From Azolla caroliniana (lineage: Eukaryota; Plantae; Polypodiophyta), in the NCBI GenBank assembly GCA_043228905.1, contig JBHGNT010000010.1, positions 11,780,001 to 11,844,000 on the forward strand: a stretch of 64,000 nt of DNA, written 5' to 3'. The notes below the pieces were generated by a model. It was not told the DNA's origin. It saw only the letters and a program-made list of their open reading frames with translations, and made no database searches. The position numbers were made by a program, and so were the translations under genes. Positions 11,050 through 24,225 of the stretch are shown here, piece by piece (the first letter of the stretch is position 1; every line of letters begins with the position of its first letter).

Positions 11050-12374
11050 TTGCGCCAAGTGGGAGGCAAGGAGGACCTTTTCTTATTTGCAGTATCAGTG
11101 ACACCTTCTAGTGTCACTCAAGGGAATTCAGACATCCAAATTCCCAAAAAATATCAAGACTATGCTGATGTTTTCGACAAAGTCAAAGCTAGTGTTCTTC
11201 CAAAGCATCGGCCGTACGACTGTCCTATTGATCTCCAACCAGGAAAAGAGCCTCCGTGGGGTCCGATTTACAATTTATCACCCACTGAGCTTGAGGTTCT
11301 TCGAGAATACATCGAGGAAAATCTTGCACATGGTTATTCGACATTCAAAGTCTCCAGCTGGTGCTCCTATCTTTTTTGTGAAGAAAAAGGACGGCTCCTT
11401 TCGTTTGGTCGTGGACTATCGAGGCTTAAATAAAGTCACCATAAGGAATACGTATGCTTTACCTTTAATCTCCAATCTCTTAGAACGCATTGGTGGGGCA
11501 AAGAATTTTACCAAAATTGATCTAAGGGGTGCATATAATCTTGTTCGAATTCGGCCGGGAGATGAGTGGAAAACAGCATTTCGTACTCGGTATGGTCATT
11601 TCGAGTATCCAGTCATGCCTTTCGGGCTCACAAATGCACCTGCCGTATTCCAACATATGGCAAATGACATCTTCCGGGATTTCTTGGATATTTTTCTAAT
11701 CATCTACCTAGATGATCTATTGATTTACTCTAAAACACAGGGGGAGCATGATATACATGTGCGGCAAGTACTTGAACGCCTAAGGAAGTATGGTCTTTAC
11801 GCCAAACTTGAGAAATGCAGTTTTGATTGCAAACAAGTCGAATTTTTGGGATACACTATTTCATCCCAGGGTGTTTTCATGGACCCGGCAAAAGTCCAAA
11901 CAATATTGGAATGGAAACCCCCATGCTCAGTTCGGGATGTCCAGTGTTTCCTCGGATTTGCGAACTTCTATCGCAAATTCATACATAATTATTCAAGCAT
12001 TGTGTTGCCCCTTACTCAACTCACCAAGAAAAATCAAGCATTTTTTTGGAGTATCGAAGCGGACAAGGCTTTTACGCAGCTGAAAGAGGCATTCACATCA
12101 GCACCCATCCTAGCACATATTGATCCTGAAAAACCATTTACTATTGAGGCGGATGCATCAGACTTTGCATTGGGGAGTATCCTATCGCAACCAGGCGAGG
12201 ACGGGTAGATACATCCAGTCGCGTTTCACTCGAGAAAGTTTACTGTTTCGGAGATAAACTATGAGGTGCATGACAAGGAGTTACTAGCTGTGGTCGACTC
12301 ATTCGAGCAATGGCGTCATTTTCTAGAAGGATCACCTCATCAGATTATCATTTATAGTGATCATAAAAATCTCT
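11050..12374 (+). pseudogene. Chromovirus reverse transcriptase and partial RNase H
   Basis: [49 protein letters not shown] and EADASDFA. Frameshift near 11335, stop at 12206-12208, and a deletion junction to the integrase after DHKNL. Confidence 0.9.
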
Positions 12375-13238
12375 TGCAAACTCTCTTCGGCTTATCATCC
12401 ACAAACTGACGGACAAACAGAGCGCACAAATCAAACGCTCGAGCAATATCTTCGATGTTTCATTAGTTATCAACAAGATGATTGGAGTAAAATTTTACAT
12501 CTTGCCGAGTTTGCATACAACAACACGGTCCACTCTTCTACCAAAGTTACACCTTTCTTTGCCTACATCGGCAACCACCCTCGATGGTGCATATTGGATC
12601 TTCCCGAGGTGTCACGAAACCCTAGTGCAGCGCATCACCTCCATCGACTACAACAAATCCAGTTCGAGTTATCGTCACATCTTCAGAAAGCGCAAGCACA
12701 CCATAAGACCAATGTCGATCGACATCGTCTTAAGTCTCCGTTTAAGGTTGGTGACCGTGTATGGTTGCTTCGTCGTCACATCAAGACTACCCGACCGTGT
12801 GCTAAGCTTGACTATCAACGCTTAGGTCCTTTTGTCATCACGGCGCAGATTAATGATGCAACATTTCGTCTTAACCTTCTTGCACATATGCGGCTTCACC
12901 CTGTCTTTCATAGCTCTCTTTTGGAACCTTGCCACACCTCTTTAATTCCTGATCGTGTCGTGCCACCACCGCCTTCTGTACAACTTGTGGACGGCCCCGA
13001 ATACGAGGTAGCTGCTATTCTCGATTCTAAGATTGTGCGCAATAAGCTTTATTATCTAGTTGATTGGCTTGGTTATCCTCCGAGTGATCGCACTTGGGAA
13101 CCCATCGATAACGTTTGTAATGCTGAAGCTCTGGTCAACGACTTCCATCGTCACTATCCAAACAAGCCCGGCCCAACAATGTTAACGCCAACTTCCACTC
13201 GGCGTTCTCGAACCAGGGATAGTGTCATGAACACATGA
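12375..13238 (+). pseudogene. Integrase C-terminal half plus chromodomain (its 3' part is duplicated at 9188-9696)
   Basis: [33 protein letters not shown] and chromodomain motifs. Confidence 0.9.
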
Positions 13239-15028
13239 CCATTATGGCGTCACCCGGACTTGAACCTTGAACCTTGTAATTCATACTTGAAAACCGCAAC
13301 CATTAAGATAGCTTATTGTTATATGAAACAATAAAAGCTACTTCTTGTATTACATTGATTATTGTAAAAACTCTAGATTATTCTAGAATGTTCTAGAATG
13401 TCCTAGAGCATTCTAGGTCTAGAACATTCTAGAACATTCTAGAAATCTCTAAGCTATTCTATAGGAACCTATAAATAAGTGCATACATGTATTCTCAAAT
13501 CAATTCGAATCAACACCAGTCTTTAGCTCTCATTACATATCTTGTATCCATTCTCTTTCTTTCTCTGTCTTATACATCCATTCTTCTCTATCCTTCTTCC
13601 ATCACTCTATCTTTTATCCTTGGTTCTAACACTCAAGGGCAAAGGCCCCGCCGTCAATACAATTATGGCGGAAGTTCAGCAAGTTATGACAAGGCAGCTA
13701 ACTAAAAATGTTGATTGGACCACGCAAGATGAGATATGTAAGACAGCCCAAGCATGTGTCGAAAAAGCAAACGAAGCCAATACGGAGCGCATGCGGCAGG
13801 AGTCCGCAAACAATGTGGGGCCATTAGAGGAAGACATAATATCCCTAGATCCCATATGGCAAGCACTGGCACACTGCGAAATAACACTAACCATGGAGAA
13901 ACTACTTCAATTAGTTCCACGGTTCCGTCAAGCCATCGAGGATCGCATAACGGGTAGACCTGAGGGCAGCGTCTTCGCCAATTTTATGGACGTTAGCAAC
14001 GGACGAACGGTGGTGGATGACCACAATCCAACTATTAAGTTGGTATTACACGGTCAGGAAATCACAGGATGCGTAATTGACAGGGGCTCTAGCGTCAATG
14101 TAATTAACGCAAAGACATGCGAACAATTGGGAATTTCAGAATGGGAAACTTGCCTGTTTTAGCTTCACATGGCAGATACCCACTCAGTTCGGCCTTTAGG
14201 CTTAATCTGAAAATTAGGCATCTCGGCACTAGTCCTCGCCCTCAGCGCTCCGGGAGCGTATCCAATGCTGCTTGGTAGACCTTGGCTTCGTTCGGCAAAT
14301 ATCAAACAAAGCGATTTGGAGTGGATGAAGTTTCGAAGAGCGACGGGTGAATGCAATCTGGTTTTTGCCAACATTTGTCCCTCTTTGGCGCATGCCGGTG
14401 GATGTGCGGTTTGGTGGGGTGGATGTCCTGGAGAAAACCGGCCTTAGCTGGAATCAAGGGATTAGGCGCATGAATCGGCGCTTACGCGTGAGCACACAAA
14501 CTAACACTTTGTGCATAACTAGGAATAGGCCGGCATAATGTGAATATCCTAGGTAGAATATATTAATAGTTTAGTAAATCGAAGCGGATTTCTGACCGAA
14601 GGGGCAAAGAATAAAGGAGATGTGACCAGGATGCAACGGTCCCTCCCCGACGGCCTGTAAAAAAGGAAGGGGAGAAGAGTGAGATTAATATTGAGAACGA
14701 CACGTTGTTAGACTGGGAACCGAGCTCTCTCCTCCTTTGTCATTGTTCACTGTGGGTTTTGGGTCGGTTGCCTCTGCTTCGAGGAAAGCCCAAGTGCCTC
14801 TGGTAGAGGCTCCACTATGTGCGTGCGTGGGTGTGTGATCTCTTGTGTTGGGTCTGTTCCCGGCTCGCCGGTTGTAATCTTGTCATCGGTATAATTATTC
14901 TTATTATTGGATTTAATTCTCCTATTTTTCTGTCTCTCAATGTTTTCCTGTGTGGTTCCCTTCATTGTCTGGTAGCTGCGCGTCTCTCTTCGTTCTGTAC
15001 AACTAATCAGAAGCGGGTATTCGTCGGT

Positions 15029-15032
<4 letters not shown>

Positions 15033-15094
<62 letters not shown>
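15033..15094. repeat. (CT)n microsatellite inside the gypsy LTR
   Basis: About 30 CT units. Confidence 0.95.
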
Positions 15095-15099
<5 letters not shown>

Positions 15100-15178
15100 T
15101 TCGATCTCTTGCACTCCTCGGTCCAAGGCCCCCAGGGTCCCGCCTTAGTTTCTCACGCGTAAGCGTAACAACACGACA

Positions 15179-18100
15179 CCGCGTTCTTTGCGAGGTGGAT
15201 GGCACTTTGACTGTCGTAGTGTTGCCGAAATTCCTCCTGTTGGATCCCTAGCTCTCCGATGATATCCTTCATCCAGATTACCTCTTTACCGACTTTGACG
15301 GCCGCCATGTACTCCACTTCCGTTGTTGATAGTGCAACGGACTTCTACAGCCTCGACTGCCATGATACGGCCCCCCCTGCATATGTCATAACATATCCGG
15401 AAGTTGACCAACTGGTATCCGCATCAGCCGGCATATCCGAATTTGTGAATCCTTCAAGTTGGGGTTTTCCGAAGCTGAATCGGAGGCACATACTCAGGGT
15501 GCCTTTCAAGTACCAAAGTATCCACTTAACCGCGGTCAAGTGTTCTCTTCTCGAATTGCTCATGAAGCGGCTGACTACTCCAACAACGTATCTGATATCC
15601 GGCCGGGTACACACCATTGTATGCATCAAGCTTCTGACAGCAAAGGCGTATGGTATCTTCATCATCTCCGACTTCTCTTCCTTCTTCCTCGGACTTTGCT
15701 CTCCTGACAACTTGCAATTTGTCAGAAGTGTCAATCCAACCGGCTTCGCATCTGTCATGTTGAGCTGTTGGAGGACCTTCCCCACATACTTCTCCTGTGA
15801 CAGCCACAACAACTTCTTCGTCTGGTTCTAGACTACGTGCATACCCAATATCTATCGCGCCGGACCCAAATCTTTTATTGAGAAGGTCCAGATCATGACC
15901 TTCTTCAGATTCTCCATTTTGGTTCGGTCCGGTCCGACAATCAGCATGTCATCCATATATAGTAGGAGTATCAAGAAGTCTCCTCCGTTCAAATTCTTCA
16001 CAAATACACAATGGTCGACTTGTGTCTTGTGATATCCTTGATCGGTCATGAAGGAATCGAACTTCTTGTACCGTTCCCGGGGAGCTTGCTTCAATCCGTA
16101 TAAGCTCTTCTCCAACCGGCATACCAGGTGCTCCTTCCCTTTCTTGACGAATCCTTCCGGTTGTTGCATGTAGATGTCTTCTTCGAGGTCTCCATGTAGG
16201 AACGTCGTCTTGATGTCTAGTTCCTCTACCTCGAGGTCCATGCTTGCCTCTATCCTCAACACTGTCCGGATGGATGTCATCTTCACGACTGAGCCAAAGG
16301 TCTCATCGAAATCCACTCATTTCTTCTGATGGAACCCTTCACCACAATGTGGGCCTTATACCTTGGTCGATTTCCGGAGTCTCCTAGTTTCATCTTGTAC
16401 ACCCACTTGTTCCGGAATGCTCTCTTTCCCTTCGGCAACTCTGTCAGTTCATATGTGTGGTTCTCATGTAGGGAATCCATCTCATCCTGCATGGCACTTA
16501 ACCACTTGCGGTTGTGGATGTCTTTCTTTGCTTCTTCAAAGCTTTCTGGCTCCCCCTCTTCGGTCAACAACACATCCTCTGCATACGGAAATCTCTGGGG
16601 GGTTCTTCTCTCCCTGAGAGGATATCTTCTTCCTTGGTTCTTGTCCACCGGTTCCTCCGTCTAATCTTCATCTGAATCTAATTCGGGGTCTTGTAAGGTT
16701 TTGGTGTCCTGATCTTCTTCTTCTTTGATCGGTTTGGTCTCTTGTCCAACTCCATCCGGTTCTTCAAGTGTTATCATGCTTCCGTCCAGATGGCTCCCTT
16801 TGGTCGATCCAGAGTCTTTTATCTTCTTCTTCGACTCCTAGTCGGCAATAGTCTTGTCTTCCATGAAGACTATGTCTCGACTACGTAACACCTTCTTGTC
16901 GACCAAGTCCCACACTCGGTATCCAAACTCATCATCGTCGTATCCAAGGAATATACATGGTCGGGTCTTCGGATCCAACTTCTCTCTCTTGTCCTTTGCT
17001 ACATGCATGTAGGCGAGACACCTGAACACCTTCAGATGAATGTAAGATACATCTTTACCGGTCGAAGGGTGCTGAGGGTGATTTGTTTATCACATAGGTC
17101 GTCGTCATCAGCGCCTCAGCCCAAAACGTCTTGGGTAACTTAGCATGTGCAACCATGCTTCAGACTCTCTCCATGTATCTTACCTTTAGATGACGGTAAG
17201 ATACATCTTTACCGGTCCATGCTCTCTGCGGTGTGTCTCCGTCCAAGAGTGCGAAGGGTGATCTGTTTATCACATAGGTCGTCGTCATAGCGCCTCAGCC
17301 CAAAACGTCTTAGGTAACTTAGCATGTGCAAGCATGCTTCGGACTCTCTCCATTATGGTTCGGTTCATCCTTTCAGCCAGTTCGTTCAATTCCGGTGTCT
17401 TCAGCATGGTGAATTCGAGCCGGATTCCCGTCGACCAACAGTACTCCTTGAACTGCCCCCAGTATTCTCCTTCGTTATCCACTCAAACCGTCTTCAGCTT
17501 CCAGCCGGTTTCCCTTTCCACTCTCTCATGGAAGTCCTTGAAGATGGATAATACCTGGTCCTTCATCTTCAGCGGTGAGACCCACAACTTTCGACTGTGG
17601 TCGTCTATGAACGTCACAAAGTACTGCGATCTGGCATGTGACTTCATGACCACTTGGCATACATCGTTATGCACAAGTTCTAGCGGGGCATTCCATCTCA
17701 TCGGTGGTCTTGACCGGAAAAAGGTTCGGTTTTGCTTTCCAACCAAGTAGTCGAAGCACTTCTCAAGATGCACGTCTTTAACCTCCGGAATGAGGTTATC
17801 TTCGGCAAGTCTTCTCATCCCTTTCTAGCTCATGTGACACAACCTCTTGTGCCATAGCTCACTAACAGCTTCGGATGCCATATTCACTTCCTCCCGGCAG
17901 ATCCGGACATGCATCCGGTACGGTGTGTTGATCTTCCGGGCTCGAGCCACAATCAGGCTCCCTTTGCAAAACTTCATGACTCCATTGCAGAGGCTACCCG
18001 TGTAGCCTTCATCATCTAGCTGACCGGTTGATATCTGGTTCAACTGAACCTCCAGAAAGTGTCGAACATCCTTCAATAGCAACTTGCACCCGGTTGATGT

Positions 18101-19662
18101 CGTCACCCACACGTCTCCTATGTTGATAATTCAACACGCACCTTCATTTCCCATCCGGATAGAACCATGATCTCCGGCTTTGTACAATGAGAAGCGCATC
18201 CAGTCGGGATTCAGATGGAACGACGCTCCAGAGTCGACCACCCAGGTCGTTTCATCGCTAACAAGATGTAGCTCACTCTCCTCGATGATTAGTTGTAGTT
18301 CTTCTTCACTTGTCGTGATCGCCGACGTTCCTTTCTGATCCGAACTCCTCCGGTCCGGACCCTTCTTCAAGTCTGCACTATCAGTTCCTTTCTCCTTCCG
18401 GAAATGTTGGCAATTCTTCTCGAAGTGCCCCGGTTTTCCGCAATAAAAGTAAGTGGGCATTCCCCTTGACTTCAACCTCGTCCCCGATTTGTCTCAGTTT
18501 TGGGGACTCCGATTCCGGACTCTTCCCCAATTATGGTCATATTCCGTGACCAAGGCCTTCAAATCGGTTCCAAACTCCCGGTCCTTCCAGAGAGCTTCTT
18601 CATCTAGCAAACTCGAATTTACCATTGCTAGGGACAACTATTTTCCTTCCGATCCGGCATTGCCCAAAGTGACAACTAGTGTCTCCCAACTATCCAGGAA
18701 GGAACCGAGCAAGAGCAACACAAGTACCTCGTCGGCTAGTGGTACTTCTAGCGAGTTTTTTTGGTTTATGGGCCCCTGGAATGCATTCATGTGCTCCGCC
18801 ATACTGGATCCATCTTGGTACCGGATTCTCACTAACTTCCGGAATACCGAAACCCGATTTACAGTGTTCTTGCTCTCCAGCATGGTGCCGATTTTCTCCC
18901 AGAGCAATGTGCCTTACTTTCTTCATTAAAGTTGTTGTACAGGCTCATGTCGATGAAGCACCGAATATATGATGTTGTCTTCATATGCATCACCTCCCAC
19001 GTCCTGGCATCGATATTGTCCGACCTCTTGTCTCCAAACTGCACCGGCAACCAAAGATCTTTGACCACGAGCATGTCCCTCATCTTCAACTTTCACACTA
19101 GATAGTTTGAGCCGGTGAGCTTGAACATGCTTCTGAATGACTCTTCCATTTTCTTCAAGGTTTAGAACCTTTCTCTAATACTACCGAGTCTTAAACACTC
19201 AATGGAAGAAATCAGGAAATAGAGTTAAGATTAAGGCACTTACTTAGAATGAGATGACACCATATGTTAACGTGGAAAACCCTAAATGGGAAAAACCACG
19301 GGAGCCCACAGACTCCAACTATCACTATGAGAAAAGAATACAAAGCAAGACTCAGAGGCAACGACCTCGAGCTCTATGTCTTCGCCAACCGGTGGTTACA
19401 ACAGAAAAGCTTTCTGTATCTCTCACACTCTCGCACTCTCTCTATCTATCTCTATCTATAGTGATAACAACAACATCTTCACACATTCAAGTGGTTGCCC
19501 TAAGTCATATATATACTTATTTGACTTTAGGACTATTTACAAATATGGCCATGACAGGCACACCAGAAACATATATCCCTGGATCTGGTTCACACCAGAT
19601 TCATCCGGATCCGTCTGGTCTGGTTCATTCAGATCCCATCCGGAGGGACCGAATCCCCAACA
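15179..19662 (-). mobile_element. Ty1/copia (Tnt1/Tork-like), degenerate: 5' LTR ~19187-19662, gag from 19149, truncated in RNase H
   Basis: MEESFRSMFKLTGSNY gag start, knuckle YCGKPGHFEKNC, protease WVVDSGAS, integrase, RT LLYMDDMLI. The LTR begins TGTTGGGGATTCGGTCC, like the LTR at 7032. Internal ~150-180 bp duplication at 17035-17355. Confidence 0.9.
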
Positions 19663-22600
19663 TTACAGGCCATAATACTTGCGGCGAAAATCTTCTTTAG
19701 ATTTTCCTAGGCCTCCTTCAGCGTCTTTGCATCTTGAATGTAGCCCAACAACTGGTCGTGCACACAGGATGAAAGGCAGTACAAGACTCTACTTGCCGTC
19801 TGCTCCCACGCCGGAAAATCCTTGTGGGTCAACTTTAGCGCTACCTCACGAAGGCTTGTAGTGTGAAATGGCCGAAGGCCGACTGCTTCCACCCATTGTG
19901 GGTCACAAGCCACTTCGATAGAGCTCTCAAGCTCTTGTTCGGCTGCTACCTTCATTGCGAAGGCATAATGATGGGCCATATACTCGTTGTAGCCGAACCG
20001 ATGACTAGGTTCTTCTCTTGAGATGAACGTCGGAGTTTTTCATTTGTCGATGTGAGCACCTTTTGTACTCTGGGTGTCCACATGATGGGTACACCAAATT
20101 CATTGTCTAGTGAGCAAGCCGACACATCCGAATCATTGTTGTTGGGGTGGACGACTTCATATTCGAGAATCTTACATTTGCCTTTGTTTGATTTTGGACT
20201 TTGTCGCGACATGCTTTGGTCGCTTGAAGGCTCGAGTGGTCCACTTAGCTCAATAGAGCTTGGACTGTCCTTTGGTAGAGGACTTGGCTGAATACCGTCA
20301 TCCAAGTTTATGTTGAACTCTTCCCTGGTCGAATCGGATGGAGCCAAATCGGGCTCATACCATGATGCCGATTCGTCAAAGACTACAACATGACTTACCC
20401 GAACTGCTCGGGTTGAAGGGTTGACGCACTTGTAGGCCTTTTTCTTGGACGAGTATCCTACAAGGATACGTTTCTCTGACTTTGCGTCGAGATTTTGTCG
20501 TTGTTCGTTCGGGATGCATACATTCGCAATGCTTCCGAACACTTTGAGGTGTGACAGGATCAGCTTCCTTCCAACAAGGAGCTCGTATGGAGTTAGCTCA
20601 TGCACTCCATTACTGGTGCATCGATTCATGAGAAGTGGATGTTGCTTCTGCCCAATAGAAGTTCGGCATGTGCTTCTCATGCATCATGGCGTGTGCAACC
20701 TCGAGTATGTGCTGATTCTTCCTTTCGGTGACTCCATTTTGTTGGGGTGTGTGTCAGCTTGTGAATTCTCTCCAGATGCATTCACCTTGGAGGTGGGAGG
20801 TGAATTCGTTGGAGAAGTACTCCTTGCCTCCATCCGATCGTAGGCATCGAATGTGTTTGCCGGTTTCTTTTTCGACTTGGCTCTTGAGCTTTTGAAAGTG
20901 GGAGCGCACTTCACTCTTCTTCTTCATCGGGAAGCTCCACGTGTAACGAGATTAATCGTTGATTAAGGTGACGTAGTATCGGCATACCCCGATCATTGGC
21001 GTTTGAGTCGGTCCCCATACATCCAAATGTATGATGTCGAGGAGGCCTTTGCTTACGTAGCTCTCCTTCGAGAATGGAAATCGATGTTGTTTGCCGAATT
21101 GACATGCTTCGCACACTCAGTCGACTCGTTTCGACTCAAAGGACAGAAGTCCGATGACGACTCCCTTTGATTGCATAGCTCGGAACCGTTGGAGGTTGAT
21201 GTGACCGATTCTCTTATACCACAACTCAATGTGTTGGCCGGTTTCTTTTTCGACTTGGCTCTTGAGCTTTTGAAAGTGGGAGCACACTTCACTCTTCTTC
21301 TTCATCGGGAAGCTCCACGTGTAACGGGAGTAATCGTTGATGAAGGTGACGTAGTATCGGCATCCGCCGATCATCGGCGTTTGAGCCAGTTCCCATACAT
21401 CCGAATGTATGATGTTGAGGAGGCCTTTGTTTACGTAGCTCTCCTTCAGGAATGGAAATCGATGTTGTTTGCCGAGTTGACATGCTTCGCACACTCGGTC
21501 GACTCGTTTCGACTCAAAGGACGGCAGTCCGATGACGACTCCCTTTGATTGCATAGCTCGAAACCGTTGGAGGTTGATGTGGCCGATTCTCTTATGCCAC
21601 AACTCGATGTTCATCTTGGTTTTGAGACCTTTGGCATACATGGCTGATTTCACCTCTTTCGAATCGAGGATGAACATTTGATTATCTCTCTGTCCCCTAG
21701 CTATGAGTCAGCCATCTTTCTAGATAAAGCATCCTTCGTTGTTGAAACGAACTTGCATACCTTGCTCCATGATTTGGTCGACCGAGACCAAATTATTTGT
21801 TATTGTAGGCACGTGCAAGAAATTTTTGATGCAAGTTCATTCACCTTCTTTCCCAAATGGGACATTGCCGATGTGTCGAATGGGATGTGTGGTGTCATCT
21901 CCCGTCTCTATGAAGGCAGTTCGATCCGGCATTCTTAAGTCACGAAACCATTCTTGGTGTGACATCATATGATGTGAGGTGCCAGAGTCGACGAACCACA
22001 CGTCTTCCGAGTTGGAGGTGCTTGTGGAGTCGGTGGCTGACATAGAGTTCGCTCTATGTCTCATTACGAATAGCCCACCATAGTCGTCGCATTTGGAGTT
22101 GGTGGCATACTTTGTAGTTTTCGGTTTGTCGAAGTCGACTCACTTCTCTTCTTTCAGCACTCCTCTTCGCGGTGGCCAATTTTACAGCAATAGTTGTAAG
22201 TAGTGGGCCTCATTTTCCGACCTTGTTCTTCATGGAAGCTCCCCCTTATTCCGAAGGTTCCTCGATGGCTTCCGTTGTCTTGCCGAAGGTTTGTATTCCC
22301 TTCATGAGATGGGCCAAATGGACCTCTTCTACTGCCACGACCTCGTCCTCGGCCACCATCCGAATTTGAGGAGAACATTTTTCCTTCCGACATCTTGCTC
22401 TTAGTTCGAGCGTGGTTCTCTTCAACTAGTAGCATTGATTGATGTTTGAAGAACGAAGGAGGGTTTTCCCTAGCTAAGATTTCCGTCCTTAATGGGTCGA
22501 ATCCTTGTGCGAGGCCGCCCAAGTATACTTGAATCATCTCGTCTTCGTTGACGTTTATGTTGATGGACCCAAGTGAGTCGCAAATGCTCTCAATCTTGGC

Positions 22601-24225
22601 AGTGTAGTTCGACACAGACATATCTTTTTGTTGCATGTTGTTCAACTTTTGCCGGAGTTGAAGCTTGCGGGCGGTCGTGTCAGCGGCGAACATCTTCTTC
22701 AAATTCTCCCTCGCGTCTTTAGGCGTCTTGGCGTCTCGAATGTGGCTAAGCATGTGATCGCGGACACATGTTGCCAAGCAATACATTACCTGACTCGCTC
22801 CTTGCCCCCACGTTGGGTAGTTGGAGTTTGTGATGTCGAGTTTGTTTTCGAGTGCACCATTGATGTAGCTCCAATACCCTTGGCTGACTAGGTATTGGTT
22901 CATCTTGTACTCCCAAGATGAATAATTGCTCCAATCTAGCTTTTCACTAGGGAGCAAGCTACCCATTTGTGTGTTCATGTTGTTGTAATGTCTTCCTTTT
23001 TGTCTTTTCTTCCTTTGGTCATGAACATGTGCTACATAGCGGCACAACGGTAGCAGATGGCCGGATTTGTTGTCGGCTTCTCGAACACACAATCACGAAG
23101 AGTTGGGTGGGCGTAGTGGATGTACTAAACCACATGGTCTGATACCATGTTAATAATTAGGTAATTAAGCAAGGGTTAATTAATGTCTAATTATGTGAGT
23201 AGTTAAGCAGCAAAAGATTATGTGATATGTGTGTGAGAGGAAGAGAGAGAGGAAGTTACACTTATCAGCAATAATATAAATGGGGAAAGATTAACAAGAG
23301 TGTATATTAAAAGGCATCATCAAGTTACAAAAATACCCACAATGAGCTATATATACATCTCATGTGCAAAGGTGCACATGTGTGAGTAAAATATAGGTAC
23401 AAAGGTGTAAGTCCTATATTAAATGTACTTGGGAGTGGAGGATCTAGAATATCCCACTTAAGTACAAGGTCCAATTTAAGGATTTAAGGGTCAACACACT
23501 AACTAGATTCAAATCTAGGTAACTACTAAGTTACGTGGTTGACTAAGTAACTAAATCTAGTTGAGCTTGATATCTCAACACCTCCAGTAGTCATGCCTGA
23601 GCAAGTACTGGTGCATCTTGTATTCCCATGATGTGTAGTTGCTTATGTTCAACTTTTCTATCGGAAGAGCACCACCCATTCCCTTGTCCATATTTCATGT
23701 CTGTACTTATCCGGAGATTAAGAGCTTGTCTGTGTTGAAATGCTTGTCGACAACACAGGATTCTCAACCCTCGTGCTCTAATGCCATGAAAAGATTTAAG
23801 TGCGGAAGCTAAAACAGAACACAACCGGCTTAGCCGGACAACAACAAATATAACAACAAGAAACAATGGAGAAAACACAAAATGCGGGAGAGATGAGATC
23901 GCTAAAGACCAAAAAAACATAGATTCAAATAATACGCTCTATATCTACAAGTGTGCTCAGAGAGCACTTTTATACAAGCCCTGACAATGGGCTAACATGA
24001 GTAACATCAATACTTTAATGCTCATGAATGAGCCTGACACTAACTCGGCCCATAATATTCCTATTTACTAGCATAGGAATATAGGCTCCTAATGCTATAA
24101 TTACCTATTAAACTAGGAGCATAAGCCTCTAATGACCTGCCGGCCCCCCGCCGATCTGGCCCTCCACTGATCCAGCTCTCAGCTTACTAAGCCGATCCAG
24201 TCCATGTTGAGCTTGCTTCTCAACA
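19663..24225 (-). mobile_element. Copia family C 5' remnant (LTR ~23790-24225, degenerate PBS, gag start ~23690), split by copia B1; gag resumes at ~19860-19663
   Basis: MDKGMGGALPIEKLNISNYTSWEYKMHQYL...YWR stops at the B1 LTR (23580). EVALKLTHKDFPAWEQTASRVLYC continues the same gag, collinear with the gag at 58817-59500. Confidence 0.75.
19860..23580 (-). mobile_element. Copia family B copy 1: 5' LTR 23148-23580, tRNA-iMet PBS, gag-protease-integrase; RT, RNase H and 3' LTR missing
   Basis: TGTTGAGATATCAAGC...AACA followed by TGGTATCAGA. Motifs MNTQMGSLLPSEKLD, WFVDSGTS, ELWHKRIGH and IHSDVW. 378-bp tandem duplication at ~20853-21605. Confidence 0.9.

Larger units (their letters stand above)
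8787..13631 (+). mobile_element. Tcn1-like chromovirus (Ty3/gypsy with chromodomain), young and internally rearranged
   Basis: TG...CA termini flanked by CTCAA (8782-8786 and 13632-13636). 3' LTR at 13223-13631. RT YLDD motif, RNase H start, integrase C-terminus with GPF motif and chromodomain (YEVAAILDS...YLVDWLGYPPSDRTWEP). About 4 mismatches in ~400 comparable LTR bases. Confidence 0.93.
8590..15178 (+). mobile_element. Non-chromovirus Ty3/gypsy remnant (gag zinc knuckle, aspartic protease, deleted pol, 3' LTR 14621-15178), split by the chromovirus at 8787-13631
   Basis: QQPGHYATQ lies before the insertion, and LKGKGPAVNT...DPIWQALAHCEITLTMEKLLQLVP...CVIDRGSSVNVI lies after it. Purine tract at 14598-14620, then TGTGACC...ACACGACA. 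The LTR 3' end matches the LTR end at ~62120-62168. Confidence 0.7.
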
